Positions 30,256-40,565 of a stretch of DNA of 44,326 nucleotides are shown here, one piece after another. Position 1 is the first letter of the stretch. Each line of letters begins with the position of its first letter. The DNA lies in IMG/VR virus record IMGVR_UViG_3300027852_000014, positions 1 through 44,326 of that record. The stretch is one strand, 5' to 3'. The notes under the pieces were generated by a model. It saw only the letters and a program-made list of their open reading frames with translations. It ran no database searches and had not been told where the DNA came from. The position numbers and the translations under genes are program-made. Source of the DNA: a virus.

Positions 30256-31332
30256 ATGAAAGAATTAAATCACTTACAAAAAAGCTTTATCGACAGTATC
30301 GCTAAAGGTGTTTGCAAAGTTATCAAAGATGGTGACATTGCAATCGAAAAGAAAAACGCTTTGTCAATCTCTGATGCAGAAACAATTTCAAAATTTGGAA
30401 TTGAAGTATCTGATTCAGGTGTAATCAAAGATAACATGCCATATGTTGAATATGAACTTGTTAAAGTGTCTCAACGTTTGTTTGAGCGCCCACAAGCTAA
30501 CCAACCATGGATGGAAATCTTGACTGCTGATGGCGATGGATCAAATGATGAATCAATCATCTACAAATTCATTGACTACAAAGGCGGATTTACACAAGCT
30601 GTAGACAAAGGGTCTTCAAACTCAATCGTTTCAACAAAACATGGTGCAGAAGCATATCCTATCCACACATTGAACGCTTATTTAGAAAGTGTTTCTTTAC
30701 GTGAATTGGCTGTTGCTTTAGCTAAAGGATACGCTCTTCCAGAACGTCGCCTTCGCGCAATGTACGTTTCATTCGTTAAAACAATGAACAACGTTATTTT
30801 TGCTGGAACTGACAATGCAGGAAAATCTGTTTCTAAATATAAAGCTTCTGGTGTTCCAGGATCTTATGTTAAAACATCTGCTTCAACATTGTCTGCTTTG
30901 ATCTTAGCTGGTGATACAACAGAAATCTATGACTTATTCTTAGATGTTATTTCAACAATGGAAGCTAACGGTGAAAAGAACGATGGGGAATTTACTCCAA
31001 ACGTTTGTGTTTTACCTGTTAAGCAATATTCAGAATTGAAAACATTGATGAAAAACTCAGGATACTTTAACATGACTGTTAAAGAATACTTAGAAAAAAT
31101 GTTGAACCTAACATTCTACGCATACGCTCCTTTGAAAGAAGCTGGTGCAGCGGGTGTTGATCGTGCTATTCTTATGAATACATCATCAGAAAACATGTTC
31201 TATGGTATGCCAAATGGTCTATCAATGTACTCAGACACTAAATTTGACGAACAATCTGAAAAAGCTACATTCCGTACTTCAGGATTGATTGTTATCAATA
31301 GCGGTGCTTTTGGATACATCGACAACGTTTAA
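30256..31332 (+). CDS. Major capsid protein
   Basis: 358 aa with strong SD TAGGAG, followed by a strong terminator. Position is after the scaffold. Confidence 0.8.
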   Translation: MKELNHLQKSFIDSIAKGVCKVIKDGDIAIEKKNALSISDAETISKFGIEVSDSGVIKDNMPYVEYELVKVSQRLFERPQANQPWMEILTADGDGSNDESIIYKFIDYKGGFTQAVDKGSSNSIVSTKHGAEAYPIHTLNAYLESVSLRELAVALAKGYALPERRLRAMYVSFVKTMNNVIFAGTDNAGKSVSKYKASGVPGSYVKTSASTLSALILAGDTTEIYDLFLDVISTMEANGEKNDGEFTPNVCVLPVKQYSELKTLMKNSGYFNMTVKEYLEKMLNLTFYAYAPLKEAGAAGVDRAILMNTSSENMFYGMPNGLSMYSDTKFDEQSEKATFRTSGLIVINSGAFGYIDNV

Positions 31333-31342
31333 TTGTTGTTTA

Positions 31343-31372
31343 GGGGGCGGGTTAGCTCGCCCTCTTATTTTT
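31343..31372 (+). terminator. Rho-independent terminator after the capsid gene
   Basis: 9-bp stem 31343-31351 / 31356-31364 (GGGGGCGGG...CTCGCCCTC), loop TTAG, then TTATTTTT. Confidence 0.8.
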
Positions 31373-31386
31373 AAAAGGATAAAGTA

Positions 31387-31554
31387 ATGAAATTTAAAGC
31401 ATTAAAAGCAGTAGCATTCCCAGCGTTTAAAATTGACGTGCAAGCTGGAGATGAGTTTGAGCTAACTGCAGAACAGGCAGTACATGTACAGGGCTTTGTT
31501 GGTCTTGTTATCGAGCCTATTAAAAAGAAGCGCAAAAAAAAGAATGACGGATAA
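31387..31554 (+). CDS. Hypothetical small protein (55 aa)
   Basis: Hand-translated (MKFKALKAVAFPAFKIDVQAGDEF...). SD AAGGAT. Confidence 0.45.
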   Translation: MKFKALKAVAFPAFKIDVQAGDEFELTAEQAVHVQGFVGLVIEPIKKKRKKKNDG

Positions 31555-32122
31555 TTACGAACGTTTAAACTACACTGATGAGCGTGATTTGAATGATTAT
31601 CAAATCAATAACGACTCTTTGGGCAACGATGAGATCAAGCGACTAATTGCTGAGAAGCAGTCGCTGGTTATCGCAGATGTTAAAGACCAGACAGACTATA
31701 AGATGTACGCTGATCGGTACAAGTTCGTCCCAGACTGGGTTCTTAACCAGCTTTATCAAAAAGCGGTGAGAATGCCTCGTTATGGGTTAATTAAAATGTT
31801 TTTAGATCATGATATAGATGATCACTACTGGATGACAGAACTTCTGGTGGGAATGCTTGAAGCGTATAGCATCACAGATTATGAAGACGAGTTTACGCAA
31901 GTTCCCCCACCAGACCGCATTATTATAGCTCCAAAACCTCTGTCTCGAACAGAAGGATCAAAGAGTGTTGGTGATATGAGTATTTCGTTTGAATCTGAAC
32001 GACTTGGTATTGACATTAGTCAACCATTCGAGCAGTTTTTATCCACTCTCCCTAATGGGATTGAGATATTGGATAAATATAAACAGTATCAAGCACATAC
32101 ACCTTATATTGGAGTAGTTTAA
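31544..32122 (+). CDS. Head-tail connector / head completion protein (putative)
   Basis: ATG 31544 (MTDNYERLNY). The track ORF starts at 31484, inside the previous small ORF. Confidence 0.55.
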   Translation: MTDNYERLNYTDERDLNDYQINNDSLGNDEIKRLIAEKQSLVIADVKDQTDYKMYADRYKFVPDWVLNQLYQKAVRMPRYGLIKMFLDHDIDDHYWMTELLVGMLEAYSITDYEDEFTQVPPPDRIIIAPKPLSRTEGSKSVGDMSISFESERLGIDISQPFEQFLSTLPNGIEILDKYKQYQAHTPYIGVV

Positions 32123-32481
32123 TGTTAAGCGCATTTGTTAATTCTAAATTTTTCAATGATCCAAATGACAAGGTTTATTTGGTTCAGGTAAACGTTACTG
32201 ATGACAATGGGTTTTTAAAAAAAGAGCTCGGTGCTAAGAAACTTCTACCGAAGAAGGTTATTATACCGACGGCTAACGAAAAGGTTCAAGGCAAGACGCT
32301 GGTGAAGACTGCAAATCTTTATTTACAGCGTCGCCTTAACTTTTACGATGCAGAAAATTGTAGTGACCGTGTCATCTGGCAGGATAATTATTATCGTGTG
32401 ACAGAGGTTATGGATCGCTCAAAAAGAAATGGATACGGTTACCGTTATTCACTGGAGTATTTAAACGAAGATGAAATATAA
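32122..32481 (+). CDS. Head-tail adaptor (putative)
   Basis: 119 aa with an ATGA-type overlap. Assigned by synteny. Confidence 0.55.
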   Translation: MLSAFVNSKFFNDPNDKVYLVQVNVTDDNGFLKKELGAKKLLPKKVIIPTANEKVQGKTLVKTANLYLQRRLNFYDAENCSDRVIWQDNYYRVTEVMDRSKRNGYGYRYSLEYLNEDEI

Positions 32482-32974
32482 AAGCAATGACATGAAGGGG
32501 CTTGTTGATAAGATGCGTGACGTCATTCAGCAGGATCTTAATGACTTGGCTAAGGTTTCAGATTTCACGGTTGCATTCGGCGTTCCTAAAGGGACTAATA
32601 AAGAAGGGCAGTCGATTGAGGAGTATGCACGTGTTAATCACGATGGGAGTTTCTCACAGAATATACCTGCCAGACCGTTTCTAAGTACCGTTAGACGCAG
32701 ATACTCTGAGAAGATTAGCGCTGATACAAAGCGCGCATTAGAGGAGCTTAAGGGGGAGAAATTCTCGCAAGGGACTCTTAAGAATAGTGATGTCAAGCGT
32801 GTAATGATGAAGAATGTAGCATTGCCTTTAGAGAATTATGCTAAAGATAATGTGATAAGTGGTAGTTGGGTTCAGAATGCCCCGTCTACTGTGAGTAAAA
32901 AGGGAAGTTCAAAGCCGCTCGTCGATCAAGGTGAGATGGTTGGATCTATTAATGCTATAGTGGTGAAAAGATGA
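32471..32974 (+). CDS. Neck / tail-completion protein (HK97 gp10-like position)
   Basis: 167 aa. Assigned by synteny only. Confidence 0.5.
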   Translation: MKYKSNDMKGLVDKMRDVIQQDLNDLAKVSDFTVAFGVPKGTNKEGQSIEEYARVNHDGSFSQNIPARPFLSTVRRRYSEKISADTKRALEELKGEKFSQGTLKNSDVKRVMMKNVALPLENYAKDNVISGSWVQNAPSTVSKKGSSKPLVDQGEMVGSINAIVVKR

Positions 32975-33483
32975 TTGAAGTTGAATTAATGAATGCTTTG
33001 CGATCAATTGTAGATACGAATGTCGTTGATGTTCGTGAATATTACAATGTTTTCACATATTCAAAAGAGCAGCGTGATAGTATCCTTAAGAACAAGGACC
33101 TTTTAACATTTCGTGAGGACGATAAGAAGGTGTGGGGGCATGGCGTCCGCTATATCCAAGAAGATCCAAGCGTTGTTGATAAGTATTCAGATGTCACAGA
33201 TACAAATTATCAGATAGATGTTGTTCTAGATTGCTACGGCGAGGGAGCAGAGGTGCATCTTCAAAAGATTATGGAGGTTCTGAATAATTATGATGACAAT
33301 TTCTATGATAATGGATTGGGTATTCTTAACTATGGAACTGTCCAAAACAATACTGACTTAGAGAATAGTCTGTATAAAAAGCGATTTTCGTTACCATTGA
33401 CCGTGCAGTTCGTGTACCGTACAATTGGAAGTGAAAATTATATAATTAAAAACGTAGAATTCGAAATTCAAGGAGAATGCTAA
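32971..33483 (+). CDS. Tail terminator / sheath-initiator-like protein (putative)
   Basis: 170 aa directly upstream of the sheath gene. Confidence 0.5.
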   Translation: MIEVELMNALRSIVDTNVVDVREYYNVFTYSKEQRDSILKNKDLLTFREDDKKVWGHGVRYIQEDPSVVDKYSDVTDTNYQIDVVLDCYGEGAEVHLQKIMEVLNNYDDNFYDNGLGILNYGTVQNNTDLENSLYKKRFSLPLTVQFVYRTIGSENYIIKNVEFEIQGEC

Positions 33484-34608
33484 ATGGAAAGTATACGTCG
33501 TACCATTAATGTCTCAAGCATCAGTCCAATTGTTTTAGAACGTAAAACTTTCGGAAAGGCATTATTTATTATTGATGCAGTGCCAGCGGACGCTAATGAC
33601 CGCTTGGTTAAATATTCAAGTTATCAAGAAGTTGTTGATGCCTTGGGTAGCAACACAGAGTCAGAGCGATTTGCTAAGTCTTATTTCTTAAACGGTGCTT
33701 ACGGCACAACGCCTCCATACATGTGGGTATTAAAGGTAGACATCACTATTGGTGCTGAAGATCTTGCTACTGTATTGCATGATGACGCGCTAGTTAAGCC
33801 AGAGGATTACTACTTGATCTCTTCTGATGAGAATTTCACAACAGATCAAAAAGAAGTTATTGCAGATACTGTTGAGCTTTATAAAGACAACTGGTATATG
33901 TGTAATTTCGAGTACACAAATGTTGATGCTTATGACTTAGGTATCACAACTGACTTGACATCTGTATTGGCTGCTAAGAGCATCACTCATTCATTTGCAA
34001 ACTACGCTCACAAGCCTGGTGGAGAAAATGAGTACTTAAGTGCTGCTGTTTCAGGGTTCTTATCTGGCGTTGACTACACTGCTACACGCGGTAAAAATCA
34101 ACCTGCAAAGAAAGAGTTAAACAATATCACTGTTAATGGATTGACTGATAGCAATATTGGTAAATTGATTGAAAAGAATTATAACTATTACACAGCAACA
34201 ACAACAATTAAAGACAATAACTGGTATGGTCTGAACTCACGCAACGTAAGTGGAGATTCTTTCTTAGATATCATCACAATCGATTACATGAGCTATAACT
34301 TAACTGTGTCATTGGCTGAATTGTTAAAGAACGAAGCTATTATCGGGTTCGATCGCACTGGATACGGGCTTGTTGAGCAAGAACTAGATCGCAATATGCA
34401 AGAGTACTTGCGCGGTGGAATCTTGGCTGACAACGGCGTAACTGCTGATGGTGAGCTATTCCCATTTGGATACAAGATTCAGATGCCTGCCTTATCGGAC
34501 GCAACAGCTGCTGATAAGCTTGCTGGAAACTTAAAAGAAATCGTCATTCGCGTGTTACCTAAATATTCAGTAACTTCGTTTGACATTACATTACAAGTGG
34601 AGGTGTAA
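33484..34608 (+). CDS. Contractile tail sheath protein
   Basis: 374 aa followed by a 148-aa tube gene and the chaperone frameshift pair. SD AAGGAG. Confidence 0.75.
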   Translation: MESIRRTINVSSISPIVLERKTFGKALFIIDAVPADANDRLVKYSSYQEVVDALGSNTESERFAKSYFLNGAYGTTPPYMWVLKVDITIGAEDLATVLHDDALVKPEDYYLISSDENFTTDQKEVIADTVELYKDNWYMCNFEYTNVDAYDLGITTDLTSVLAAKSITHSFANYAHKPGGENEYLSAAVSGFLSGVDYTATRGKNQPAKKELNNITVNGLTDSNIGKLIEKNYNYYTATTTIKDNNWYGLNSRNVSGDSFLDIITIDYMSYNLTVSLAELLKNEAIIGFDRTGYGLVEQELDRNMQEYLRGGILADNGVTADGELFPFGYKIQMPALSDATAADKLAGNLKEIVIRVLPKYSVTSFDITLQVEV

Positions 34609-34611
34609 GAT

Positions 34612-35058
34612 ATGGCTACTAATACAATGAGAAGTGCTGTTAATAACGACCTGATCTTAACTTTACCAGGAACGGTAAGTGTTGCTTCAGAAAAGATTAA
34701 TATCACTAACTTCACTATTGAAGGGACTGCGATTGAGTATGGATTTGTTGATACAAACCGTATGGAAGAAAAACTAGGTGTGGATGGAAGCGGAGAAGTT
34801 TTCCAAAATGCAAACCGTTTGATCTATATTGAGTTCACAATCGTTCCATTTAGTGAAATCGACAACAAGCTAGCTAACTTTACATTTGATCAACCGCTTG
34901 ATGCGTTAGTTGTTTTATTTAAAGATTATGATTCAAGCCTTAAGTTCACATCAGATAAAGCTTTCTTTAAAGTTGTGAATGCACGCCAGAAATCAACAAA
35001 TCCAGATTATAAAACATACCGTATTACGTTAATTGACTATGTGAAAGGAAGCATCTAA
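34612..35058 (+). CDS. Tail tube protein
   Basis: 148 aa between the sheath and the chaperones. Confidence 0.7.
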   Translation: MATNTMRSAVNNDLILTLPGTVSVASEKINITNFTIEGTAIEYGFVDTNRMEEKLGVDGSGEVFQNANRLIYIEFTIVPFSEIDNKLANFTFDQPLDALVVLFKDYDSSLKFTSDKAFFKVVNARQKSTNPDYKTYRITLIDYVKGSI

Positions 35059-35393
35059 TGAGCTTACTCGAAGGCAAGAAAGATAAATATGAATTTCAAT
35101 ATCAGCTAGACATTAGCTTCGACAAACAGTTGGAGCTTTTGGATAGTATCGGGACATTCTACTCTTATGTTGACGGAATGGCAGTGCCAAAGTTATCTAA
35201 AGTATGGAATTTCATCAAAGATAAAATCACTATTACAGAGATTGAAGGCGAGAAGGAATTCTTGATCTGGAAAAATGGTTCTATGGTTGATGATAAATTC
35301 CAAAAGATGCTTGCTGTATCTGTGTCATCTAGTAAGTGGTTCTTGGAGGCTTTCGGGGGTTTTATGAGCGATCAGGGAGTAGTCCTAGACTAG
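35058..35393 (+). CDS. Tail assembly chaperone (G-like, zero-frame product)
   Basis: 111 aa upstream of the tape measure. Contains the slippery site. Confidence 0.75.
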   Translation: MSLLEGKKDKYEFQYQLDISFDKQLELLDSIGTFYSYVDGMAVPKLSKVWNFIKDKITITEIEGEKEFLIWKNGSMVDDKFQKMLAVSVSSSKWFLEAFGGFMSDQGVVLD

Positions 35394-35578
35394 ATAACTA
35401 TTCTAAGATTACGGAAGGCTTTAACTTCTTTAAGTACTACTTAGTCTTTAAAGGATTTGTCCAGCTTTCTGATCTATACAACGGAACTATTGATATCTTT
35501 AAGATGAAAGAGCTGGTAGACAATTACAAGCTTTATCTTAAGGGTGAAAATTATTTAATGGAGAAGAGTAATGGCTGA
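35058..35578 (+). CDS. Tail assembly chaperone, -1 frameshift fusion product (GT-like)
   Basis: ORF 35336..35578 lies in the -1 frame relative to 35058..35393. The frames join at GGGTTTT. Confidence 0.65.
35357..35363 (+). promoter_or_regulatory. -1 programmed ribosomal frameshift heptamer G GGT TTT
   Basis: X XXY YYZ is phased correctly with the zero-frame codons GGG GGT TTT (35355-35363). Confidence 0.65.
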
Positions 35579-36587
35579 TTTTGCTGGTGGTTTTTATTAC
35601 GACTTAGCCGTTAAAACAAACTTAGACAAAGTAAATAAAGGCGTCGGCACGTTCGCTAAAGGAACTGCTGCTGCTGGTGCTGGTGTAGCTGGGTTAGTAA
35701 CTGGCGCAAAGGCTTTCGCTAATCAATTCCGTGAAATAAATGCTATTGCTAAACAAACAGGCACGTCTGCGAAATTCGTTCGACAGATCGGGCTTGAGTT
35801 TCGCCAATTGGGGTATGAGGCAGATGCGGGTAACGCACTTGTCTCTAATCTTGGTGAGCGACTTAAGACGTTCCAGGCGCGTGGAACAGGCGCGTCTCCA
35901 TTTGGTCGCCTAGATATTGACATGACTGCAGTGAAAAATGTTAATGACTTGATCACTAAGCTTCGTGCGAAGGTAGGTCATAAAGACTTCAGCACAAGCG
36001 CTACTGAGTTAGGCCTTGGTCTGGCGCAAACAGATTATCTTAGACGTCCAGAAACAGAATTTCAGGCAAATAGACAGATCGCTATCAAGGGATCTGCAGA
36101 TATAAAGAATTTGATTAATCAAGAAAAGAAGCTTTCTGCTGATTTAGGAAAGCTTAGCATTGCTATGGATAAACTAGGCGCAGCGTTGCTTGACCTTGCG
36201 GTTAAGGTAACTCCTTTGATTAATAAGCTTGCTGACTGGCTTGGTGAGGACAAGAGTGAAGACGTTAAGGCTGCTGGTGATATAGCAAAGGGAGCTCTCG
36301 CGGGTGCCTCTCTAGGAGCTTTCATTCCTGGAGCAGGACCCGTTGTTGGAGCAGGCATTGGTGGTGGAGCAGTTGTTCTAAGCGAAGCATCTAAGGAGTT
36401 GCAAAAGAAATCTAAAGAAGATATTGCTCTAGGAGCTGCCACAGGATTAGTTCCAGGAGGAGCGTTTGCTAAATTTGGAGCAGGGCTTGTCAAAAGCATA
36501 ACAAATAATATAACGAATAACGTAATGGTAAACAGCACAGATGAAGGGAAAGAATTCCTTGTTGTGAATAACGAGCTGGAGAAATAG
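35571..36587 (+). CDS. Tape measure protein
   Basis: 338 aa, A/G-rich with the hydrophobic Gly-rich segment GAFIPGAGPVVGAGIGGGAVVL. Follows the chaperones. Confidence 0.75.
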   Translation: MADFAGGFYYDLAVKTNLDKVNKGVGTFAKGTAAAGAGVAGLVTGAKAFANQFREINAIAKQTGTSAKFVRQIGLEFRQLGYEADAGNALVSNLGERLKTFQARGTGASPFGRLDIDMTAVKNVNDLITKLRAKVGHKDFSTSATELGLGLAQTDYLRRPETEFQANRQIAIKGSADIKNLINQEKKLSADLGKLSIAMDKLGAALLDLAVKVTPLINKLADWLGEDKSEDVKAAGDIAKGALAGASLGAFIPGAGPVVGAGIGGGAVVLSEASKELQKKSKEDIALGAATGLVPGGAFAKFGAGLVKSITNNITNNVMVNSTDEGKEFLVVNNELEK

Positions 36588-37262
36588 ATGGCGATTGATG
36601 CAACTATACGTTTTTTGCGGGATAAACTAAATCTGAATAAGTTTCGGAAGCTTTACTATATAGAAAACGATGGAACAAAATACTCTCTTGATATCGGTGC
36701 ATTTGAGGAGCAGTCATTTGCATTCTCAAATACAATATCGGATAATCCAGTTGAGTTTGGTGCTAATCTATCTGACAACATATACCGTAATCCTGTATCA
36801 ATTAAAGCGGTTGTTATTACTGGTGAGACTGGGTTTATTGCAAGCGTTATTGATCAGGTAAAAGAATTCAGAGCAGACTTTCTTACTGGGACAGACTTTC
36901 AGGGGAGTGTGCAGGCAGCGCTTCAATCACTTGGATTAGACCTCATTGACGGATCATCTGCTGGGACGATAAGAAGCTCAAAAGTGTATAATAAACTTAT
37001 TGACCTGCACCAGAATTTTAAGCAAGTAGAGATTATAACACGTGACCGTGTTTACAAAAACCTACAGATCGAATCTATAAATAGAACGATGGCTGTGGAC
37101 AACTATGGCGGCGCTGTTATTGAGCTTAACTTGAAAGAGCTGTTGCGTTTCGGCGGGAATGATAATAATCTTCTCGGTTCGGATCCTAGACAGAATGGAT
37201 TTCTTGGAAAAGAAGAGCTTCAAGGGAAGCTTGATGATGTTCTTGGGAGGTTTGGCATATGA
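36588..37262 (+). CDS. Baseplate/tail protein (Mu gp43 / XkdP position)
   Basis: 224 aa. Assigned by synteny. Confidence 0.55.
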   Translation: MAIDATIRFLRDKLNLNKFRKLYYIENDGTKYSLDIGAFEEQSFAFSNTISDNPVEFGANLSDNIYRNPVSIKAVVITGETGFIASVIDQVKEFRADFLTGTDFQGSVQAALQSLGLDLIDGSSAGTIRSSKVYNKLIDLHQNFKQVEIITRDRVYKNLQIESINRTMAVDNYGGAVIELNLKELLRFGGNDNNLLGSDPRQNGFLGKEELQGKLDDVLGRFGI

Positions 37263-37525
37263 TATTATATACACTTTCACAAAGCGAACAAGACGGCTCG
37301 TTTAACTTAAACAACAGAGAGATTAATTTTGAGATTAAGCGAAATGGAGATTTTGGGAATTACCATATTAGCTTATTTGAAAATGATGAGATGGTTCTTG
37401 GCGGGCGCAACCTAGTAAATGGATGTGACCTTTTATATAACATGAAGTTGCTTGATCTTGGAAAGAGCCTAACGTTTTATGGGGAGCAGGATTTAAGTGA
37501 AGCATACTTAGTGTATGAGGAGTAG
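37259..37525 (+). CDS. Small baseplate-module protein
   Basis: 88 aa with a 4-nt overlap. Confidence 0.6.
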   Translation: MILYTLSQSEQDGSFNLNNREINFEIKRNGDFGNYHISLFENDEMVLGGRNLVNGCDLLYNMKLLDLGKSLTFYGEQDLSEAYLVYEE

Positions 37526-37527
37526 CC

Positions 37528-38430
37528 ATGAGTTTCTTTGGAAGATATGTAAGGGTTGACTTTCCTGAATTAGGAAGATCATTTGAAAGTAGCTATGATG
37601 AACGACGTGAGGATCAGCCAAGAATTGTTATTGACGCACAGCTTGAGAGGAGTGCGTACACACAGGGATCTATAAGTATTTATAACCTTAGTGAGTCATC
37701 TGTTAAATCTCTTCAAGATGCCAGAGAATATAGTGTGGATGTGTTTGCGGGGTGGTCATCTGGCGGACGCGGGCAGATTGTGCGTGCAAGAAAAAGCTAT
37801 CTTGAAATAATAAGAATAGGAACAGACGTAATAACAAAAATCTATTTCGTTAGCGCTGGAATGAAAAAGAAAGAACCGAAGTCGTATAGCGCAGCAACTA
37901 TAACATCTGTTATAACCGACCAGGCTGAAACATTCGGTTATTCAGTATCGTTTGATGATGCTGGCCTGGCTGGAAAGAGCGTGTCAAATATCTCTTTGAG
38001 AGGGAATATATATGAGCGCATGAGCAAGCTTGCGTCCATACACAGCTTTGAGTATTATGAGCAGAGCGGAAGTATTATAGTGTCAACTGGTACAGGTGTT
38101 GGAGCTGCTTCAAAAGGCACAATAGACCTCGATTCCAGTGATGGGATTTTATCTATACCGTCATACACTGACTTTGGTGTCAAGATAAACTTCACGATGA
38201 TGTTTAACCCTTCCGTGCGTATAGGGAAGCTTTTCCGCGTTACGAACAAGTACGCAAGAATTGCAATGAGTGACACAGACAAATCATTCTCTTCTGATGC
38301 TTTAGAAAATAGCCTTAGAGGAATCGAGAATGTTCAGTTTAGAACATTCGACATAAGATACAGCCTTGATACAAGAGGAGAGGCTTTTAATATGGATATA
38401 GAGGGACAGCGTTTAGGAGGATTAGCATAA
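37528..38430 (+). CDS. Baseplate hub protein (gpD / Mu gp44-like position)
   Basis: 300 aa. Assigned by synteny. Confidence 0.55.
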   Translation: MSFFGRYVRVDFPELGRSFESSYDERREDQPRIVIDAQLERSAYTQGSISIYNLSESSVKSLQDAREYSVDVFAGWSSGGRGQIVRARKSYLEIIRIGTDVITKIYFVSAGMKKKEPKSYSAATITSVITDQAETFGYSVSFDDAGLAGKSVSNISLRGNIYERMSKLASIHSFEYYEQSGSIIVSTGTGVGAASKGTIDLDSSDGILSIPSYTDFGVKINFTMMFNPSVRIGKLFRVTNKYARIAMSDTDKSFSSDALENSLRGIENVQFRTFDIRYSLDTRGEAFNMDIEGQRLGGLA

Positions 38431-39074
38431 TGAGTAATAAGCAAGTGAAAGAAGTGCAGCGCCTTATTCGGAATGAAATGCGAGCAATAAACACAATGTA
38501 TCCATGTGAGGTAAAGACGTTAAACGGGACGCGGGTCGAAGTTAAGATACTTGTTGATGACACATCAGAATTTTCTTTTCCAGATGTACTTGATGTTCCC
38601 ATTATGTACCTGAAAGCGGGATTATCATTAATCAACATGCCTGTCGCAGTTGGGGATAAAGGGCTTGTTTTTCTTAGCACTAAATCAATGCGAGAGTTTA
38701 AGAGTGGTCAGGGAACTGCTTACTCACAGATATTTGATATTGACAGCGCCGTTTATTTCGGTGGTGTATTCACTGATTATGATGATACGTCAGGAGTGTC
38801 GCAAACGGCTTTATCATTATCAAATGAAGATGCGAAAGTTGAGATTGATGGTGGAAATGTTATAATTAAACCAACAGGCGAGACGCAGATAAACGATGCA
38901 ACAGATAATGCATTGCTATTTAATATATTTAAAGCGCTTTACGATAAGCTTGTTCTTGATATAAATGCAGAGCTTACAAAAATAGCAGCAGCAGTTCCTG
39001 CTTATGACGCAACAAAAGCGTTGCCAATTGTATCGGACATAACTCCTGCAAAAGATGAGGATCTAAAGATATGA
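38430..39074 (+). CDS. Baseplate spike protein (gpV / Mu gp45-like position)
   Basis: 214 aa. Assigned by synteny. Confidence 0.55.
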   Translation: MSNKQVKEVQRLIRNEMRAINTMYPCEVKTLNGTRVEVKILVDDTSEFSFPDVLDVPIMYLKAGLSLINMPVAVGDKGLVFLSTKSMREFKSGQGTAYSQIFDIDSAVYFGGVFTDYDDTSGVSQTALSLSNEDAKVEIDGGNVIIKPTGETQINDATDNALLFNIFKALYDKLVLDINAELTKIAAAVPAYDATKALPIVSDITPAKDEDLKI

Positions 39075-39424
39075 GTACTAAAGACATAATTATAAAAGAC
39101 GACCTACTCCTTATTGAGGATGGCAAATTCGTGTACACACAGAAAGACAGAGACTTCATTATACGTAAGGTAGAAGAAAGATTGCTCACGGTAACTGGGG
39201 AAGATTTCCAGGACATTGTGAAGGGCCTTGACTTGCAGGGAGTGATGTTTAATGAGCGTGCAACAACAAGCGATATCTATTCAGAAGTGCTTCGTAACGT
39301 GCTTCTTGTCGAAGGCGTTCAAGAGGTGATTGACATTCAGATCGCACAGGAAAAAGAGAAATTGATAATCGGCGTGTCTTTTGTGTATAATAAAGAAGAA
39401 TTAACAGTTGAGGTAACAGTGTGA
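39071..39424 (+). CDS. Baseplate wedge protein (gp25 / gpW-like)
   Basis: 117 aa immediately upstream of the J-like protein. Confidence 0.6.
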   Translation: MSTKDIIIKDDLLLIEDGKFVYTQKDRDFIIRKVEERLLTVTGEDFQDIVKGLDLQGVMFNERATTSDIYSEVLRNVLLVEGVQEVIDIQIAQEKEKLIIGVSFVYNKEELTVEVTV

Positions 39425-40557
39425 CAAAAGTAAATGATAAAGGATATCAATTAACCGATATCGAGCAATTGATTAGTGACTACAAGACATTTATTACAGA
39501 CAATTTCACTGGCTTAAATGTTGATAGCGAAGCTCCTATGGGGCAGTTCGCTCTTATGCATGCATACCTACTAGACGAATTCCAAAAAGACACACAGGCT
39601 GTGTACAACTCATTTGATCTAGACAGCGCATCAGGGCTTGATCTAGACAAGCTTGGAAAGATCATTGGATTAGAGCGTATTGCGTTTGTTCCAACGACGG
39701 TCACAACAGACGTTACCAGCTCATCGACACCATACACGCTTGTGAGCGGATCACGCTTTGTCTTAAATAAAGATGAGAGCGTTATCTTTGAAATCCTAAG
39801 TGACACATTAATAGATGCTAGCCCTAAATCAATTGGCCTTTCAAGTATTAGTTATGAAGAGATTGATATAGAGGTTGGCGATAAGATGAAGCCAGTTGAT
39901 GTCATTCCTCAGATACTAGACATGGAAATCACAGCATTTATAGATGGTTTCCCAGCGGAGAGCGACTTTGCTTACCGTCAGCGCTTAAAACAAGTGACTG
40001 GTGGTAACGGATTAGGCGGAACGCAGCGTATGAATAACGCTATATTTGATGTTGAAAATGTCACAAGCGCAATTGTATTTGATAAGAATAGCGACGTATC
40101 TATCCCTTTGGGGCAGGTAAAGGCTATTGTTGATGGCGGTGACAACATAGAGATTGCAAACGCTATTCTGAACAGCTTAGATATGGGATGTATAACAATT
40201 GGATCAACAACAGAAACTATTCCTGACTATAACAACAACCCTATTGACATTAAATTTACACGTCCTAGTCAAAAACAAGTTACGTTTGAGTTAGAGGTGA
40301 CTTTGATTACAGGACTTACGGCTGATCAACGCCAGCAGATTGTTGACGGGTTTATTCTTTTGTGTGATCGTGTGCCTATCGGTGGGACATTGTTCTATCA
40401 AGATGTTTACGGATTAATCGTAAGTATTGTTACTGGAACGGCAAACATCACATCACTTACAGTGGATGGAAGCGTAATAGACGTGACATCTGCTTCAGAT
40501 GAGAAGATAATTGCAGACCCTACTATCACGCCAGAAGATAACATAAGCATTGTGTAG
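39421..40557 (+). CDS. Baseplate J-like protein
   Basis: 378 aa with a GTG start after GAGGT. Assigned by synteny and size. Confidence 0.65.
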   Translation: MTKVNDKGYQLTDIEQLISDYKTFITDNFTGLNVDSEAPMGQFALMHAYLLDEFQKDTQAVYNSFDLDSASGLDLDKLGKIIGLERIAFVPTTVTTDVTSSSTPYTLVSGSRFVLNKDESVIFEILSDTLIDASPKSIGLSSISYEEIDIEVGDKMKPVDVIPQILDMEITAFIDGFPAESDFAYRQRLKQVTGGNGLGGTQRMNNAIFDVENVTSAIVFDKNSDVSIPLGQVKAIVDGGDNIEIANAILNSLDMGCITIGSTTETIPDYNNNPIDIKFTRPSQKQVTFELEVTLITGLTADQRQQIVDGFILLCDRVPIGGTLFYQDVYGLIVSIVTGTANITSLTVDGSVIDVTSASDEKIIADPTITPEDNISIV

Positions 40558-40565
40558 GAGGCTAT

